The notes under the pieces were generated by a model that had not been told where the DNA came from, ran no database searches, and saw only the letters and a list, made by a program, of their open reading frames with translations. This document shows, one piece after another, positions 18,284 through 28,270 of a DNA stretch of 64,000 nt (positions are counted from its first letter, which is position 1; every line of letters starts with the position of its first letter). Position numbers and translations under genes: made by a program. This stretch comes from Thermostichus sp. DRC_bins_24 (GTDB lineage: Bacteria; Cyanobacteriota; Cyanobacteriia; Thermostichales; Thermostichaceae). Location of the stretch: contig JAUQVK010000077.1 in assembly GCA_039794845.1 (NCBI GenBank), forward strand, positions 1-64,000. Direction: 5' to 3'.

Positions 18284-19465
18284 TTAGACGGGCGTGTTGA
18301 GAACCTGCCAGCACTTTTTCAGCCAAGAGCTCCGCTGCGTGTTGCTTTGCTCTGTGGGTTTGGGTTCAGGTGGCTGAGGTTCAGAGTTCGGTATTCCCAT
18401 GAAGGCCATCAAGGGTGGGCGCTGAGGGCGATGGGGCTCCGGATCTAAGGGGGCTGGGGTGGGGGAATGAGTTGGATGGGCCGGAGGTGTTGGGATCCCG
18501 GCAGCCTGTGCCCTAGAACGGAATCCCTGAGGAGCAGGGCTGGAGCGTGGGGATCCCGCGGATCCGAGGGAGCGCTTCAGGGTTTCTACATCGGGGCTGG
18601 GCAAGCCCAACCGACCCAACACGTACACCAAAGATGGGAGCAGCTCCGGTACCGAGGGCTTCAAGGCTGGAATGATGTCGGCAGCCCCTTGAGAAGTGGC
18701 CCAGCGTTTTTCTCCCTCTGCGATAGCCCGGTTCACCGCATGGGTGAGAATGAGCGGCAACTGCGGATACTCTGCCCGACAATTGCGGCAAAATTCGTAG
18801 GGGTTGAACTGAGTGACCCCCATATCTTGAATCAGCAAATGGGGGCGGTACTGTTTCACCTGCCCCAACAGATCCTTAGCTGCATCTGCCAGGATCACCT
18901 GCACCCCTTGGGAGCCGAGGGCTAGCTGCCAGAGCTTGGCTTGAAAAGGATCGGACTGGCTGAGCAACACCCGCCGTACTGCTGCAGTGGGGTTAGAGGT
19001 TTTGACTGCCCCAGGACGCGTCTGAGATTGCATAACGCGGTTGGGGGAAGGCTGGGTTTGAGTCTTGCGGATGGGAGTAGGGGCACCGGTACATTGGGGC
19101 GGTTTGGTAGGGGCCTGGGTCTTGTGGGTGGGGGCTTTCTCCGCAGGTACTGTGTCAAGCTTCACAGGTATCGGAGGAGCAGGGTTGAGAATCTTCTGCA
19201 ATTCCGAAAGGTCAATGTGCTCCAGATCTCGAATTGGCATCCATACCAGCTCTTCTGGGTTTGAGGCAAAGCAGGCGGCTAGATTCTGGTAAAGCTGCTT
19301 CACCCGCAGAACTTCATTGCGATAGCGACAGAGCAGTGTGAAGTCACAGCCTCGGTAACGGACATAAGCGTTAATGCCAATCGGCATTCCTCGTAGGGCG
19401 CTTGTCATAGTCTCTAAAAAGGGTGAGGTCGTGTAACTACGGGACAAGACTGTATCCGATTGCAT
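18284..19465 (-). CDS. Protein with an atypical response-regulator receiver domain and Pro-rich linkers
   Basis: Central PHLLIQDMG...YEFCRNCR...LPLILT...RWATSQGAADII segment resembles cyanobacterial PilH/PatA-like receivers. Confidence 0.6.
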   Translation of the reverse strand: MQSDTVLSRSYTTSPFLETMTSALRGMPIGINAYVRYRGCDFTLLCRYRNEVLRVKQLYQNLAACFASNPEELVWMPIRDLEHIDLSELQKILNPAPPIPVKLDTVPAEKAPTHKTQAPTKPPQCTGAPTPIRKTQTQPSPNRVMQSQTRPGAVKTSNPTAAVRRVLLSQSDPFQAKLWQLALGSQGVQVILADAAKDLLGQVKQYRPHLLIQDMGVTQFNPYEFCRNCRAEYPQLPLILTHAVNRAIAEGEKRWATSQGAADIIPALKPSVPELLPSLVYVLGRLGLPSPDVETLKRSLGSAGSPRSSPAPQGFRSRAQAAGIPTPPAHPTHSPTPAPLDPEPHRPQRPPLMAFMGIPNSEPQPPEPKPTEQSNTQRSSWLKKCWQVLNTPV

Positions 19466-19648
19466 TGATGGTAATCGATCTTCTGGGAAATCACGTAGGA
19501 AGTTCTGCTGAGAAAATCTCCGTCAAATTGCGGAGTTCCGATGGCAAAAGCAAGGAATCTCGCCTCCTGTAGCGATCGGCCGGGGCAGCACCCGGGGGAG
19601 CCTACCGGTGTTTGATTTTTTACGAATTCTTAAGTGAAGATCGTAAGG

Positions 19649-20236
19649 TTAGAAAGAAGACCCTGGCTGTTGCAGAAACTCCAGCTCTTCAGGCGTAGAG
19701 GGGCGACCGAGAATGGCATTGCGATGGGGGAAGCGGCCAAACTGCTCGATGATCTCCAAATGGCGGCGAGCATAGTCGATGGCGTTGTGGCTGGCGGGAT
19801 CCGACTCGAGCTGCCGAAAAAGCTGTAGCGATTGCTGCTGATCCGCCAAATTTTCGCTGTGTTCGAAGGGCAAATAGACAAACCAGCGCTGTACGGGCAA
19901 CAGTTGGCGATCAAAGCCCTGGGCCACTGCCTGTCGTGCTGCCCGCAAAGCCAAGGGATCCGTTGCAAAAGCGCGTGGGGTGTTCCGGAACATATTGCGG
20001 GGGAACTGATCCAACACCACAATCAGGGCCAAACATGTTGATGGGGATCCCTGCCAGGGTTCCAGTTGCCCGGCTGCCGCCTGCTCATACAGGGGCAAAA
20101 AGAGGTTCTCGATCCTTCGGTCAAAGGCCGGATCCTTTTTGAACCACTCCGGGCGTGGCTGCCCATACTCTGGCTCTGCAGGATCCCCAAACCAGAACCT
20201 TAAGATCTCTTCCGGGGTGTTGGCGGCTACGGTCAC
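19649..20236 (-). CDS. DUF924 family protein
   Basis: ILRFWF...LDQFPRNMFR...YLPFEHSE...FGRFPHRN signature. GTG start. Confidence 0.9.
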   Translation of the reverse strand: MTVAANTPEEILRFWFGDPAEPEYGQPRPEWFKKDPAFDRRIENLFLPLYEQAAAGQLEPWQGSPSTCLALIVVLDQFPRNMFRNTPRAFATDPLALRAARQAVAQGFDRQLLPVQRWFVYLPFEHSENLADQQQSLQLFRQLESDPASHNAIDYARRHLEIIEQFGRFPHRNAILGRPSTPEELEFLQQPGSSF

Positions 20237-20380
20237 ACGCAGAACCTCCGAACTTGGGCCTTGGGATCTGGAGCACCTTTGACTCCACCAGTCTATCGGG
20301 GGTCGAGGGTACGCTAACGTGAGGAAAGAATAACCACCACAAGCCCCATCCTGGCAGCCTGCCGAGCACACGGGATCCCT

Positions 20381-22093
20381 ATGTTGCGCCTGTTGCGGAT
20401 CGAGAACTTTGCCCTGATCGAGCGACTGGAGATCCCTTTTCAGCCGGGGTTGAACGTTTTGACCGGAGAAACCGGGGCTGGAAAATCGATCATCCTCGAG
20501 GCTTTGGATGTTGCCCTGGGGGGAACGGCTCGGGCTTTGCGTAGCGGCAGCGAACGGGGGTTGGTGGAAGCGATTTTTCACCTCAACCACGAGTTGCAAG
20601 CCTGGTTGGAACAGGAACAAATTGACCCCCTGGAAGAGGGCTTGGTTTGTAGCCGCGAACTGGTGTTGCGGGAGGGCAATGGCAAACTCACCAGTCGCTC
20701 GCGGGTGAATGGAGTATTGGTCAACAAAGCCCAGATGCTCAGCCTGCGGGCCAAATTGGTGGAGATCACCGCCCAAGGACAAACCGTGCAAATTCAATCT
20801 GCCCAGACGCAGCGCCGTTGGCTAGACGATTTTGGCGGTGAGGAGTTGTTGCGAACACGGGCCGAGGTCGGTGCTCTTTACCAAACTTGGCAGCAGCTCA
20901 AGACCCAAATTGAATCCCGGCAGCAGGATCAGCAACTGCGGCTACAGCGGCTGGACATGCTGGAGTTCCAGGCTCAAGAGCTGGCCGCACTGCGGTTGGA
21001 AGATCCAGAAGAACTGGGCCGATTGGAACGGGAACGGGATCGCCTCGCCCACAGTGTGGAGCTGCGAAAACAAAGCTATGAAGCGCATCAACTGCTTTAC
21101 CAAAACGACAGCGGTTCCCCGGCGATTGCCGATCTTTTAGGCCAAGCAGAACGTCTGCTCCAGTCCATGGCTCAGGTGGATCCCGACCTCACCTCTTTGG
21201 CGGAAATGGTGAGCAGCGCCCTGATCCAGGTGGAAGAGGCCGGACGAGAACTGATCCGCTACGGAGAAACCCTGGAGGCCAATCCCAACCGCCTCAACAA
21301 GATCGAACGCCGCCTAGCGCAACTGAAACAAGCCTGTCGCAAATATGGCCCCACCTTGGCTCACGTCATCGCTCATGCCGAGCAGGTACAAGCAGAGTTG
21401 GCGGAAATTCAGGGGGATGGCACCAACCTAGAAGAGCTACAGGCCCAGCTCCACCAAGCCGCTCAAAGGCTAGAGCACCGGTGCCAAGTCCTCTCGCAAC
21501 TGCGCCAACGGGCCGCCCGTCAACTGGAAAAGGTTTTGGTGCAAGAATTACAACCTCTGGGCATGAGTGCGGTGCAATTTCAGGTGCAGCTCCAGGCCGG
21601 ATCCCCGACGGCGGAAGGCTGGGATCAGGTGAGCTTTTGGATTAGCCCCAACCCCGGTGAGCCTCTGCAGCCGCTGGCCAGCATTGCTTCGGGGGGAGAG
21701 ATGAGCCGCTTTTTGTTGGCCCTGAAGGTAGTGTTCAGCCGCATCGATCCGGTAGCCACCATGGTGTTCGACGAGATCGACACCGGGGTTTCTGGCAAAG
21801 TGGCTCAAGCCATCGCCACCAAGTTGCACAGCATTGCCCAGGATCACCAGATTCTCTGTGTTACCCATCAACCTTTGATCGCCGCCTTAGCGGATCACCA
21901 TATGCGCGTTCACAAGGTGGTGTACAAAAAACGAACCTCGGTACGGGTGGATCCCTTGGGAGAGGGCGAACGCCGCGAAGAATTGGCTCAACTCACCGCC
22001 GGTCACTCGGCCCAAGAGGCGATGACGTTTGTGGAAGCCCTCCTGAACCAAGCGGCTCAAATGCGCAAACAACAACTGGCCAGCTCCGCATGA
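20381..22093 (+). CDS. recN: DNA repair protein RecN
   Basis: LTGETGAGKS, ASGGEMSR, FDEIDTGVSG and VTHQP motifs with a long coiled coil. Confidence 0.95.
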   Translation: MLRLLRIENFALIERLEIPFQPGLNVLTGETGAGKSIILEALDVALGGTARALRSGSERGLVEAIFHLNHELQAWLEQEQIDPLEEGLVCSRELVLREGNGKLTSRSRVNGVLVNKAQMLSLRAKLVEITAQGQTVQIQSAQTQRRWLDDFGGEELLRTRAEVGALYQTWQQLKTQIESRQQDQQLRLQRLDMLEFQAQELAALRLEDPEELGRLERERDRLAHSVELRKQSYEAHQLLYQNDSGSPAIADLLGQAERLLQSMAQVDPDLTSLAEMVSSALIQVEEAGRELIRYGETLEANPNRLNKIERRLAQLKQACRKYGPTLAHVIAHAEQVQAELAEIQGDGTNLEELQAQLHQAAQRLEHRCQVLSQLRQRAARQLEKVLVQELQPLGMSAVQFQVQLQAGSPTAEGWDQVSFWISPNPGEPLQPLASIASGGEMSRFLLALKVVFSRIDPVATMVFDEIDTGVSGKVAQAIATKLHSIAQDHQILCVTHQPLIAALADHHMRVHKVVYKKRTSVRVDPLGEGERREELAQLTAGHSAQEAMTFVEALLNQAAQMRKQQLASSA

Positions 22094-22238
22094 CAAGTCG
22101 GCTCTACCAGCAGTGTTTTCTAGCTCACCGTTTCCAGCCAAGCCGTCAAATCCCTCAGGGATCCAAAATCTGCTGAGGCCTCAAAACACCTTACAGGACC
22201 AGTTAGGAGCAGCCGCGGCGGGATGGCGTTGCGCTTTT

Positions 22239-22844
22239 TCAGGCCCCCGGTAGTGGAAAATAGTTGTCGGTTGCCTTCACCCGTTGACACCAGGCTTGAA
22301 TGTTTGGGAAGGGCTGCAGATCAAAGCCCCCTTGTTCGGCCACATGGGTATAGGTGAACAGAGCCACATCGGCAATGGTGTATCGCCCGCCCACAAAGAA
22401 GGATTTCCCTTCCAGATGGGCATCCATAATGCGCAGGGCATCGGTGCCGAACTTGAGGTTCTGCTCGATCAGGCTGGCATTGGCCTCTGCCTTGCCGGCC
22501 CGCACCAGAAAACGAGTGGTGGCGATGTAGCGGGCAATACGGGTTTGCTCGAAAAACAGCCATTTCAGAATCTCAGCCCGTTCCAGCTTGGTTTGGCCAT
22601 ACATCGGGGTATCTTCGGCCAAGTAGACCAGAATCGCGGCGGACTCCGCCAGGACGGTTCCGGTTTCCAACTCCAAGGCCGGAATTTGCCCAAATGGGTT
22701 CTTGGCCAGATACTCGGGCAGACGGTTCTCTCCCTCTCTGGAGTTGACTTGCACCGGCTCGTAAGGGATCCCCAATTGTGTGAGGAGCAACTCCACTTTG
22801 TAGCAATTCCCGGAAGTCGGGATCCCGTACAGTCGCAATGTCAT
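22239..22844 (-). CDS. Glutathione S-transferase family protein
   Basis: SGNCYKV, NPFGQIPAL, LAESAAIL and YTIADVAL motifs. Confidence 0.92.
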   Translation of the reverse strand: MTLRLYGIPTSGNCYKVELLLTQLGIPYEPVQVNSREGENRLPEYLAKNPFGQIPALELETGTVLAESAAILVYLAEDTPMYGQTKLERAEILKWLFFEQTRIARYIATTRFLVRAGKAEANASLIEQNLKFGTDALRIMDAHLEGKSFFVGGRYTIADVALFTYTHVAEQGGFDLQPFPNIQAWCQRVKATDNYFPLPGA

Positions 22845-22926
22845 CGGTTACATCTCCCAAAGCTCGCCATGGGTACCGGTACCCTGCCCCAACACTGTAT
22901 GCCGCTTTGCCCTCCGGAGGGATCCG

Positions 22927-24039
22927 CTACTCCTGCATCTGGCGGCGATATTCCCGTCCAAAGGCTTGGATTAACCCCTCCGCATGGGAGAGCGGCCCCG
23001 CTTCGTAGGCACGGGATCCCACCCCTTGTTGGGTAAGCTCGCACAGGTGCCAATCTTGGCGGTTGGTCAGATCCCACAGTTGGATCACATCACTGGGATC
23101 AAAGGATTCTTGGGCGAGGGTTTCGGGTTCAAACAGCCAATCGCACACCAGGTGCGTCCGATCCGGCCCTTGGGGCCAAAGGGTATGGGTCATCACATAA
23201 TCGGGCTGCAAACTCAGGAATAGGTTGGGCATGAGGGTGTAGTAGTAGGCCCGCCGTTGGTTCTCACCCCGTACGGTGGAGATGAGGGGCAAGCTGCGTT
23301 GGCCGCTCATGTTGAGGCTGGTGACCTCCGGGTTCAGCAGCATGTAGCCCCCCAAAAAGGGGCCTTCCATAAGGTCATTCCGTCCGCTGCGGGCCGGAGA
23401 AAGCCGCGCCAATTCCGGGTGGATCAGGGGGCAGTGGTAACACTCAGAATAGTTCTCAAACAGCAACTTCCAATTGGCCCGAATGTCGTATTCGATGCGG
23501 TGCCCTCGCCGCAAAACGGACAGATTCCACTCTCGAAAACGCCCCTGCAACACAGCAAATGCCTGCGCAAAGGGTTGAGGATCCCGGCTGAGGTTTACCC
23601 ACACAAATCCTTCCCACTCCGCCAGAGCAGCTTCGTGCAGCGGGTAGTCTTCGCGGCGAAAATCCTCCACCTCTTGCATCTGTGGAGCCGCCAGCAATTG
23701 CCCATCCAAGCCGTAGCGCCAAGCGTGGTAAGGACAAGGGATCCCGTCCGCGAAACGGCCCTGGGGTTCACTGCATAGCCGGGTACCTCGATGGCGACAG
23801 TGATTGAAAAAAGCACGGGCTTGCCCGCCGGGATCCCGCACCAGGAGCAGGCTTTCTCCCAGCACCTGCACCTGCAAGAAATCTCCCGGTTGGGCCAGAT
23901 CGGTGCTGCGTCCCACACAAAACCATTGCCGATAAAAAATCTGTTCGATCTCCGCCTCAAAACGGCTGGAAGAGACATAGTAGTGGCCGGGCAGGGTGCG
24001 GGCACCGGCTTGAACCGTAGCGCGATAGAAAGCGGTCAT
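22927..24039 (-). CDS. Rieske non-heme iron oxygenase alpha subunit (GbcA/choline-monooxygenase-like)
   Basis: Rieske motif CRHRG...CPYHAW and mononuclear Fe motif NWKLLFENYSECYHCPLIHP. Confidence 0.85.
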   Translation of the reverse strand: MTAFYRATVQAGARTLPGHYYVSSSRFEAEIEQIFYRQWFCVGRSTDLAQPGDFLQVQVLGESLLLVRDPGGQARAFFNHCRHRGTRLCSEPQGRFADGIPCPYHAWRYGLDGQLLAAPQMQEVEDFRREDYPLHEAALAEWEGFVWVNLSRDPQPFAQAFAVLQGRFREWNLSVLRRGHRIEYDIRANWKLLFENYSECYHCPLIHPELARLSPARSGRNDLMEGPFLGGYMLLNPEVTSLNMSGQRSLPLISTVRGENQRRAYYYTLMPNLFLSLQPDYVMTHTLWPQGPDRTHLVCDWLFEPETLAQESFDPSDVIQLWDLTNRQDWHLCELTQQGVGSRAYEAGPLSHAEGLIQAFGREYRRQMQE

Positions 24040-24137
24040 GGCAGGGGTCGCGAAAAAAAAGGAGTAGATAAGGATCTGTTGCCAATCCAACCTAGCCCAG
24101 GGATCCCATCCAGTATTATCAAACCTGTATTGCGCTG

Positions 24138-25022
24138 GTGATGGCAGTTATGGCCCAGACTCTCACCCCTCTTTCCTCGATTGAGCCGATCGATTGGTTC
24201 GCCCGTTGGCGGGAGCGGGTGGAAGCGCGGGAAGCCCAAAATGTGCGTTGGCAGAGTCCGCGCATGGGGGATTTGGGGTTTTGGGCTATGGCGGCCCCCC
24301 GTTTTGCTCGCATGACCCGCGCTCTACCGGCAACAGATCCCTTTGTGGAGGCGATGCGTGCCCGCGTGCAACCCGGCGATGTGATTTTGGATGTTGGGGC
24401 CGGGGCCGGGCGTTATAGCTTACCCATTGCTCCCCGGGTTAAGCAGGTGATCGCCTTGGATCCTTCCCCGGAGATGCTGCAGCAGTTGCAGTTGATCGCC
24501 GGTGAGCAAGGGGTGAAAAACATTCAAACCGTTCAGGGATCCTGGCCCGAAGCGTTGGCGGATCTGCCCCCGGTGGATGGGGTGATCTGTGCCCATGCTT
24601 TCTACTGGGTGAGCGATCTGGAACCCTATTTGCAAGCTTTGAAAACAGCAACGGGCCGCTTTTGTCTGATGCAGATCCGCACCCACCAGATCGATGCCTT
24701 TTTGGATCCCTTGTTTTGCCGTCTGCATGGAGAGGCGCGCTCCCCGGAGCCGGTGCTGATCGACCTGTACGGTGCCCTCACCCAAGTGGGCATTTGGGCG
24801 GATGTGCAGATCGCCAAGGGATCCAGCCGTTCCTACAGCGAAGTGGAGGAGCTGACGGAGTTTGCCACCGCCCTGCTCTGCTGGCGGCCAGAGTTGGCCT
24901 CGGTACTGAGTCGGGAGGAGATCCACGCCTACCTAGAGGGCATCCTCGAGTACCGGGAGGGCCGTTACTGGTTGGATGACCAGGCCAATCAGATGGCGAT
25001 GGTAAGCTGGCAGCAGGGCTAA
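24138..25022 (+). CDS. Class I SAM-dependent methyltransferase
   Basis: ILDVGAGAGRY and ALDPSPEML motifs. Confidence 0.85.
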   Translation: MMAVMAQTLTPLSSIEPIDWFARWRERVEAREAQNVRWQSPRMGDLGFWAMAAPRFARMTRALPATDPFVEAMRARVQPGDVILDVGAGAGRYSLPIAPRVKQVIALDPSPEMLQQLQLIAGEQGVKNIQTVQGSWPEALADLPPVDGVICAHAFYWVSDLEPYLQALKTATGRFCLMQIRTHQIDAFLDPLFCRLHGEARSPEPVLIDLYGALTQVGIWADVQIAKGSSRSYSEVEELTEFATALLCWRPELASVLSREEIHAYLEGILEYREGRYWLDDQANQMAMVSWQQG

Positions 25023-25025
25023 GGG

Positions 25026-26039
25026 TCAGGTTTCGGCTCGATAGCCCAGATCGCCAAGGGTCCGCTCCGAGCGCCGCCAATGGGGACGCACCTTGACGAA
25101 GAGTTCCAGGTACACCTTGCCCAAGATCAACTTTTGAATTTGTAGGCGGGCAGCCTGGCCAATCTGCTTGAGCATTTCCCCCCTTTTGCCGATGAGGATC
25201 CTTTTTTGGGAATCGCGTTCCACCAAGAGGGTGGCCAAGATGCGGGTAAGGCTGGGGGTCTCCTCTACTCGGTCGATAGTCACCGCCACCGAATGGGGTA
25301 CCTCCTCGCGGGTATGCAGCAACACCTGTTCCCGAATCAGCTCCCCCATGATGAACCGTTCCGGCTGATCGGTGACCAAATCGGGCGGGTAGTAATAGGG
25401 GCCGGTGGGCAGTAAGTCAATCGTGGCTTGGATCAGGGGATCCAAACTGCCGGGATCCAGCCCAGACACCCACATCACAGGTGCTCCCGGCCGCAGGGCC
25501 TGGTAGCTCTCCTGGTGGGCCTGCCGAGTCTGGGCATCACCAGGGGCGAGATCCGCCTTGTTACAGACAATTACACAGGGGGATCCAGCCGGGATCCGCT
25601 CGGCAATAAAAGCATCCCCACGACCGGCGGGGACTGAGCCATCCACCACGAAGAGGATCCCATCCACAGCTGCGATGGCCGCCTGGGCATTGTGAACCAG
25701 AATTTCCCCCAAGCGATGGTGGGGCTTGTGAATGCCGGGGGTATCTACCCAGATGATCTGGGCCTCCGGCAACGAGAGGATCCCTTGTAGGCGGTTGCGG
25801 GTGGTTTGGGCAACGGGGGAGGTGATGGCGATTTTCTGGCCCACCAGGGCATTGAGCAGAGTGGACTTCCCTACATTGGGCCGCCCGATCAGCGCCACAA
25901 AGCCCGACTTAAACCCCGGCGGGGCAGTAGGAATTCGGTAGGGCTCTGTTTCGTCTTGGACATGGGGCAACGACTTCTCTTGAGCCTGAAGGCCATCCTC
26001 AATACCCAGTTCCAGCGGCTCCTCAGCCATGGACTCCAT
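25026..26039 (-). CDS. era: GTPase Era
   Basis: GRPNVGKST, QTTRN, DTPG and NKAD motifs plus KH-domain ILIGKRG. Confidence 0.95.
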   Translation of the reverse strand: MESMAEEPLELGIEDGLQAQEKSLPHVQDETEPYRIPTAPPGFKSGFVALIGRPNVGKSTLLNALVGQKIAITSPVAQTTRNRLQGILSLPEAQIIWVDTPGIHKPHHRLGEILVHNAQAAIAAVDGILFVVDGSVPAGRGDAFIAERIPAGSPCVIVCNKADLAPGDAQTRQAHQESYQALRPGAPVMWVSGLDPGSLDPLIQATIDLLPTGPYYYPPDLVTDQPERFIMGELIREQVLLHTREEVPHSVAVTIDRVEETPSLTRILATLLVERDSQKRILIGKRGEMLKQIGQAARLQIQKLILGKVYLELFVKVRPHWRRSERTLGDLGYRAET

Positions 26040-26041
26040 CC

Positions 26042-27715
26042 CTAGCCATCCGAACTGGCTACAGACGTGGCAGGCAACTGCAAAGACAGGGATCCCAGCG
26101 GAGCCAAGGTGGTGCCGGGGTAGTAAAAATCGAGGATCTGCGCCGGGCTGAACCCCTGCCGCGCCAAGGTGTAGGAGCCGTACTGGCTGAGACCCACCCC
26201 ATGACCAAAGCCGCCACCGACAAACTGGTAGCCCGTTAACTGATCCGCCTGCTTCAGGGGCTCTATCCGGAACATGGTGCTGTACAAGCGGGGAAAAGCC
26301 AATCGCACCTGGTCTTTGTGCAAGGTAATCGAGTGGGATCCTTCCGCCGTTTGCAAATCCAGCTGCATCGCCTGCACCCGACCACTGGCGGAGCGCTCCA
26401 GAATGTTCATGCCCTTGATACTGGTCCACGGGGGCATGAGAATCCCCAGGTAGTCTTGGGCGGCCCGCAATTGCGTGTTCAGCTCATTCAAGGACTGAGA
26501 AAACTCCCAGCGGAACAGGCGCGATACCCCCACTTCGTTAAAGCCTTCCCGTTGTGCCAAAAAAGCTCGGAAGCTGCTCTCCTGCCGCAAATCCAAGGTT
26601 TTGCCCGGTTGGTGGGCAATATCCGCCTGTGGGCGCAGGTAGGGGCGCGGATCCCCATCCCAGACATCTTCGAAGGCCGCCGATACGCCGCCGTTGGTGG
26701 AGGAATAGACGGCATCCACCAGTTCGCCGTTGTAGGTGAGCACTTGGCCGCTGGTTTGTCGAATTGCTTCGTCGGTACGGGGGTGGGTTCCGGTTAAGCC
26801 CCTATACACCTGACAGTGGGTATTGGCGCAAAGGTGGTAATCGTCGATTTGAAAGCGATGCAGGTTCTTGAGGGCGTAGGTGCGGGCCAAAATGGCCTGA
26901 GCGGCCATGGCGGCAAAGGGCGCCCCTGCTCCCACCTCATGGGGTACCACCCCACGCAGATAGGTTTCCAAGGGCACAGCATTGACGACGGTATAGCTGC
27001 CGTAGGCATTGGGCTGAATCGTCAGGGATCCGGCGTAGTAGCGGTCGTTTACCCGCAGATAACCGGCATCGGAGGTCACCGCCAGGCGGGTGCGATGGTA
27101 GCGAAAATGCTCGTGTACCCAGCTCAGCTCCGCCCGTTCTGGCCGCTCTTGCACCTGTAGGCGCACATTCGGGATCCCTTCTTCCTGGGCGTAGAGTTGG
27201 ATCTGGGTGAGTTGTTGGGGGGTATAGGTGCGGTTGGCCCACACCTGCCATTCTTCCGGCTGGGCGATCTCGGTGCTGATGCCCAAAGACTGCCAGTGGT
27301 TGGCGCTGGCTTCGGCACTCTCGAAACTTTTGTGGCTACTCAGGATCAGCCGATGCACCGTTTCCGGGGTGGTGAGGGCGCGATTGACAATGCCGATGGT
27401 GACTTGGGCGGTGCGTTGGGTTTGAAGGGTGCCGTCTGCCTGCTCAAATTGCAGGGTGAGCATAGAACCCGCGGGGGCTGCAAGCTCCACTTCATCCGTA
27501 TCGGAGCGACCAAAGCGCTGTAGGATGCCCACCTGTAGGATTGGGTTTTGCGGGGTGGCCGCAGTAGCCAAAGCCTCCTCGTTAAAGGGATCCCCTGTTC
27601 CGGTCGCGTCAGCGATGCCCAATACCAAGGTTGTAAGCAGCAAGCCTATGCTGGAGACGAGCGTACTTTGGATGACCCGACGGGTTTTCCCAGTGAGGGG
27701 CTTGGAATTGGGCAT
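26042..27715 (-). CDS. SpoIID/LytB domain protein
   Basis: LETYLRGVVPHE, AQAILARTYAL, CQVYRG and GGGFGHGVGLSQYG motifs. Confidence 0.9.
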   Translation of the reverse strand: MPNSKPLTGKTRRVIQSTLVSSIGLLLTTLVLGIADATGTGDPFNEEALATAATPQNPILQVGILQRFGRSDTDEVELAAPAGSMLTLQFEQADGTLQTQRTAQVTIGIVNRALTTPETVHRLILSSHKSFESAEASANHWQSLGISTEIAQPEEWQVWANRTYTPQQLTQIQLYAQEEGIPNVRLQVQERPERAELSWVHEHFRYHRTRLAVTSDAGYLRVNDRYYAGSLTIQPNAYGSYTVVNAVPLETYLRGVVPHEVGAGAPFAAMAAQAILARTYALKNLHRFQIDDYHLCANTHCQVYRGLTGTHPRTDEAIRQTSGQVLTYNGELVDAVYSSTNGGVSAAFEDVWDGDPRPYLRPQADIAHQPGKTLDLRQESSFRAFLAQREGFNEVGVSRLFRWEFSQSLNELNTQLRAAQDYLGILMPPWTSIKGMNILERSASGRVQAMQLDLQTAEGSHSITLHKDQVRLAFPRLYSTMFRIEPLKQADQLTGYQFVGGGFGHGVGLSQYGSYTLARQGFSPAQILDFYYPGTTLAPLGSLSLQLPATSVASSDG

Positions 27716-27781
27716 AGCCGCTTTATCCTGACAACACACCCTGTTGATTTTACTCGCATCTTTTCCGGCATACCCCCAGCG

Positions 27782-28198
27782 ATGGATCCTTTTCCCCTCG
27801 AAGCCTTGGTCCACACCCACCGGGTCCGACCCCCCCTGCTCAAGGGATCCGGCTGGCGGCTGGGCTGGGATCCCGCCGGACAACCTTTCGTCGCATTGGT
27901 GGGGGGAGAAACCTGGGCGCTGGAACTGACCCAAGAGGAATGGCAAACTTTTGTGAAGGGCTTGCAGCGCTTGCAGCAGGATATGGAGGCGATGGGATCC
28001 CAGTTGATGGCGGAGGAGGGCATTACGCTGGAGCAGGCTTTCCCCAGTCTGACCTTGGTCGCCACCGGCAGTGCTGCCGCCTGGAGCCTTTATTTGCAAT
28101 TGCATCAGGGGCGTCGCGGGGAGGGTTTTTGGCCTGCGGATGCTGTTCCTGAGTTGTGCCAGGCGGTCGCCCAATGGGTGGATGGGGAAAGAGATTGA
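27782..28198 (+). CDS. DUF1818-like cyanobacterial protein
   Basis: KGSGWRLGWDP...LVGGETWALELT...GRRGEGFW pattern. Confidence 0.75.
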   Translation: MDPFPLEALVHTHRVRPPLLKGSGWRLGWDPAGQPFVALVGGETWALELTQEEWQTFVKGLQRLQQDMEAMGSQLMAEEGITLEQAFPSLTLVATGSAAAWSLYLQLHQGRRGEGFWPADAVPELCQAVAQWVDGERD

Positions 28199-28270
28199 GC
28201 CCAAACACCGAAACGGGATCCCTTCCCAAGGCTTTGTCATAGAATGCAACAATCCCTGTTGACCCCAGCG

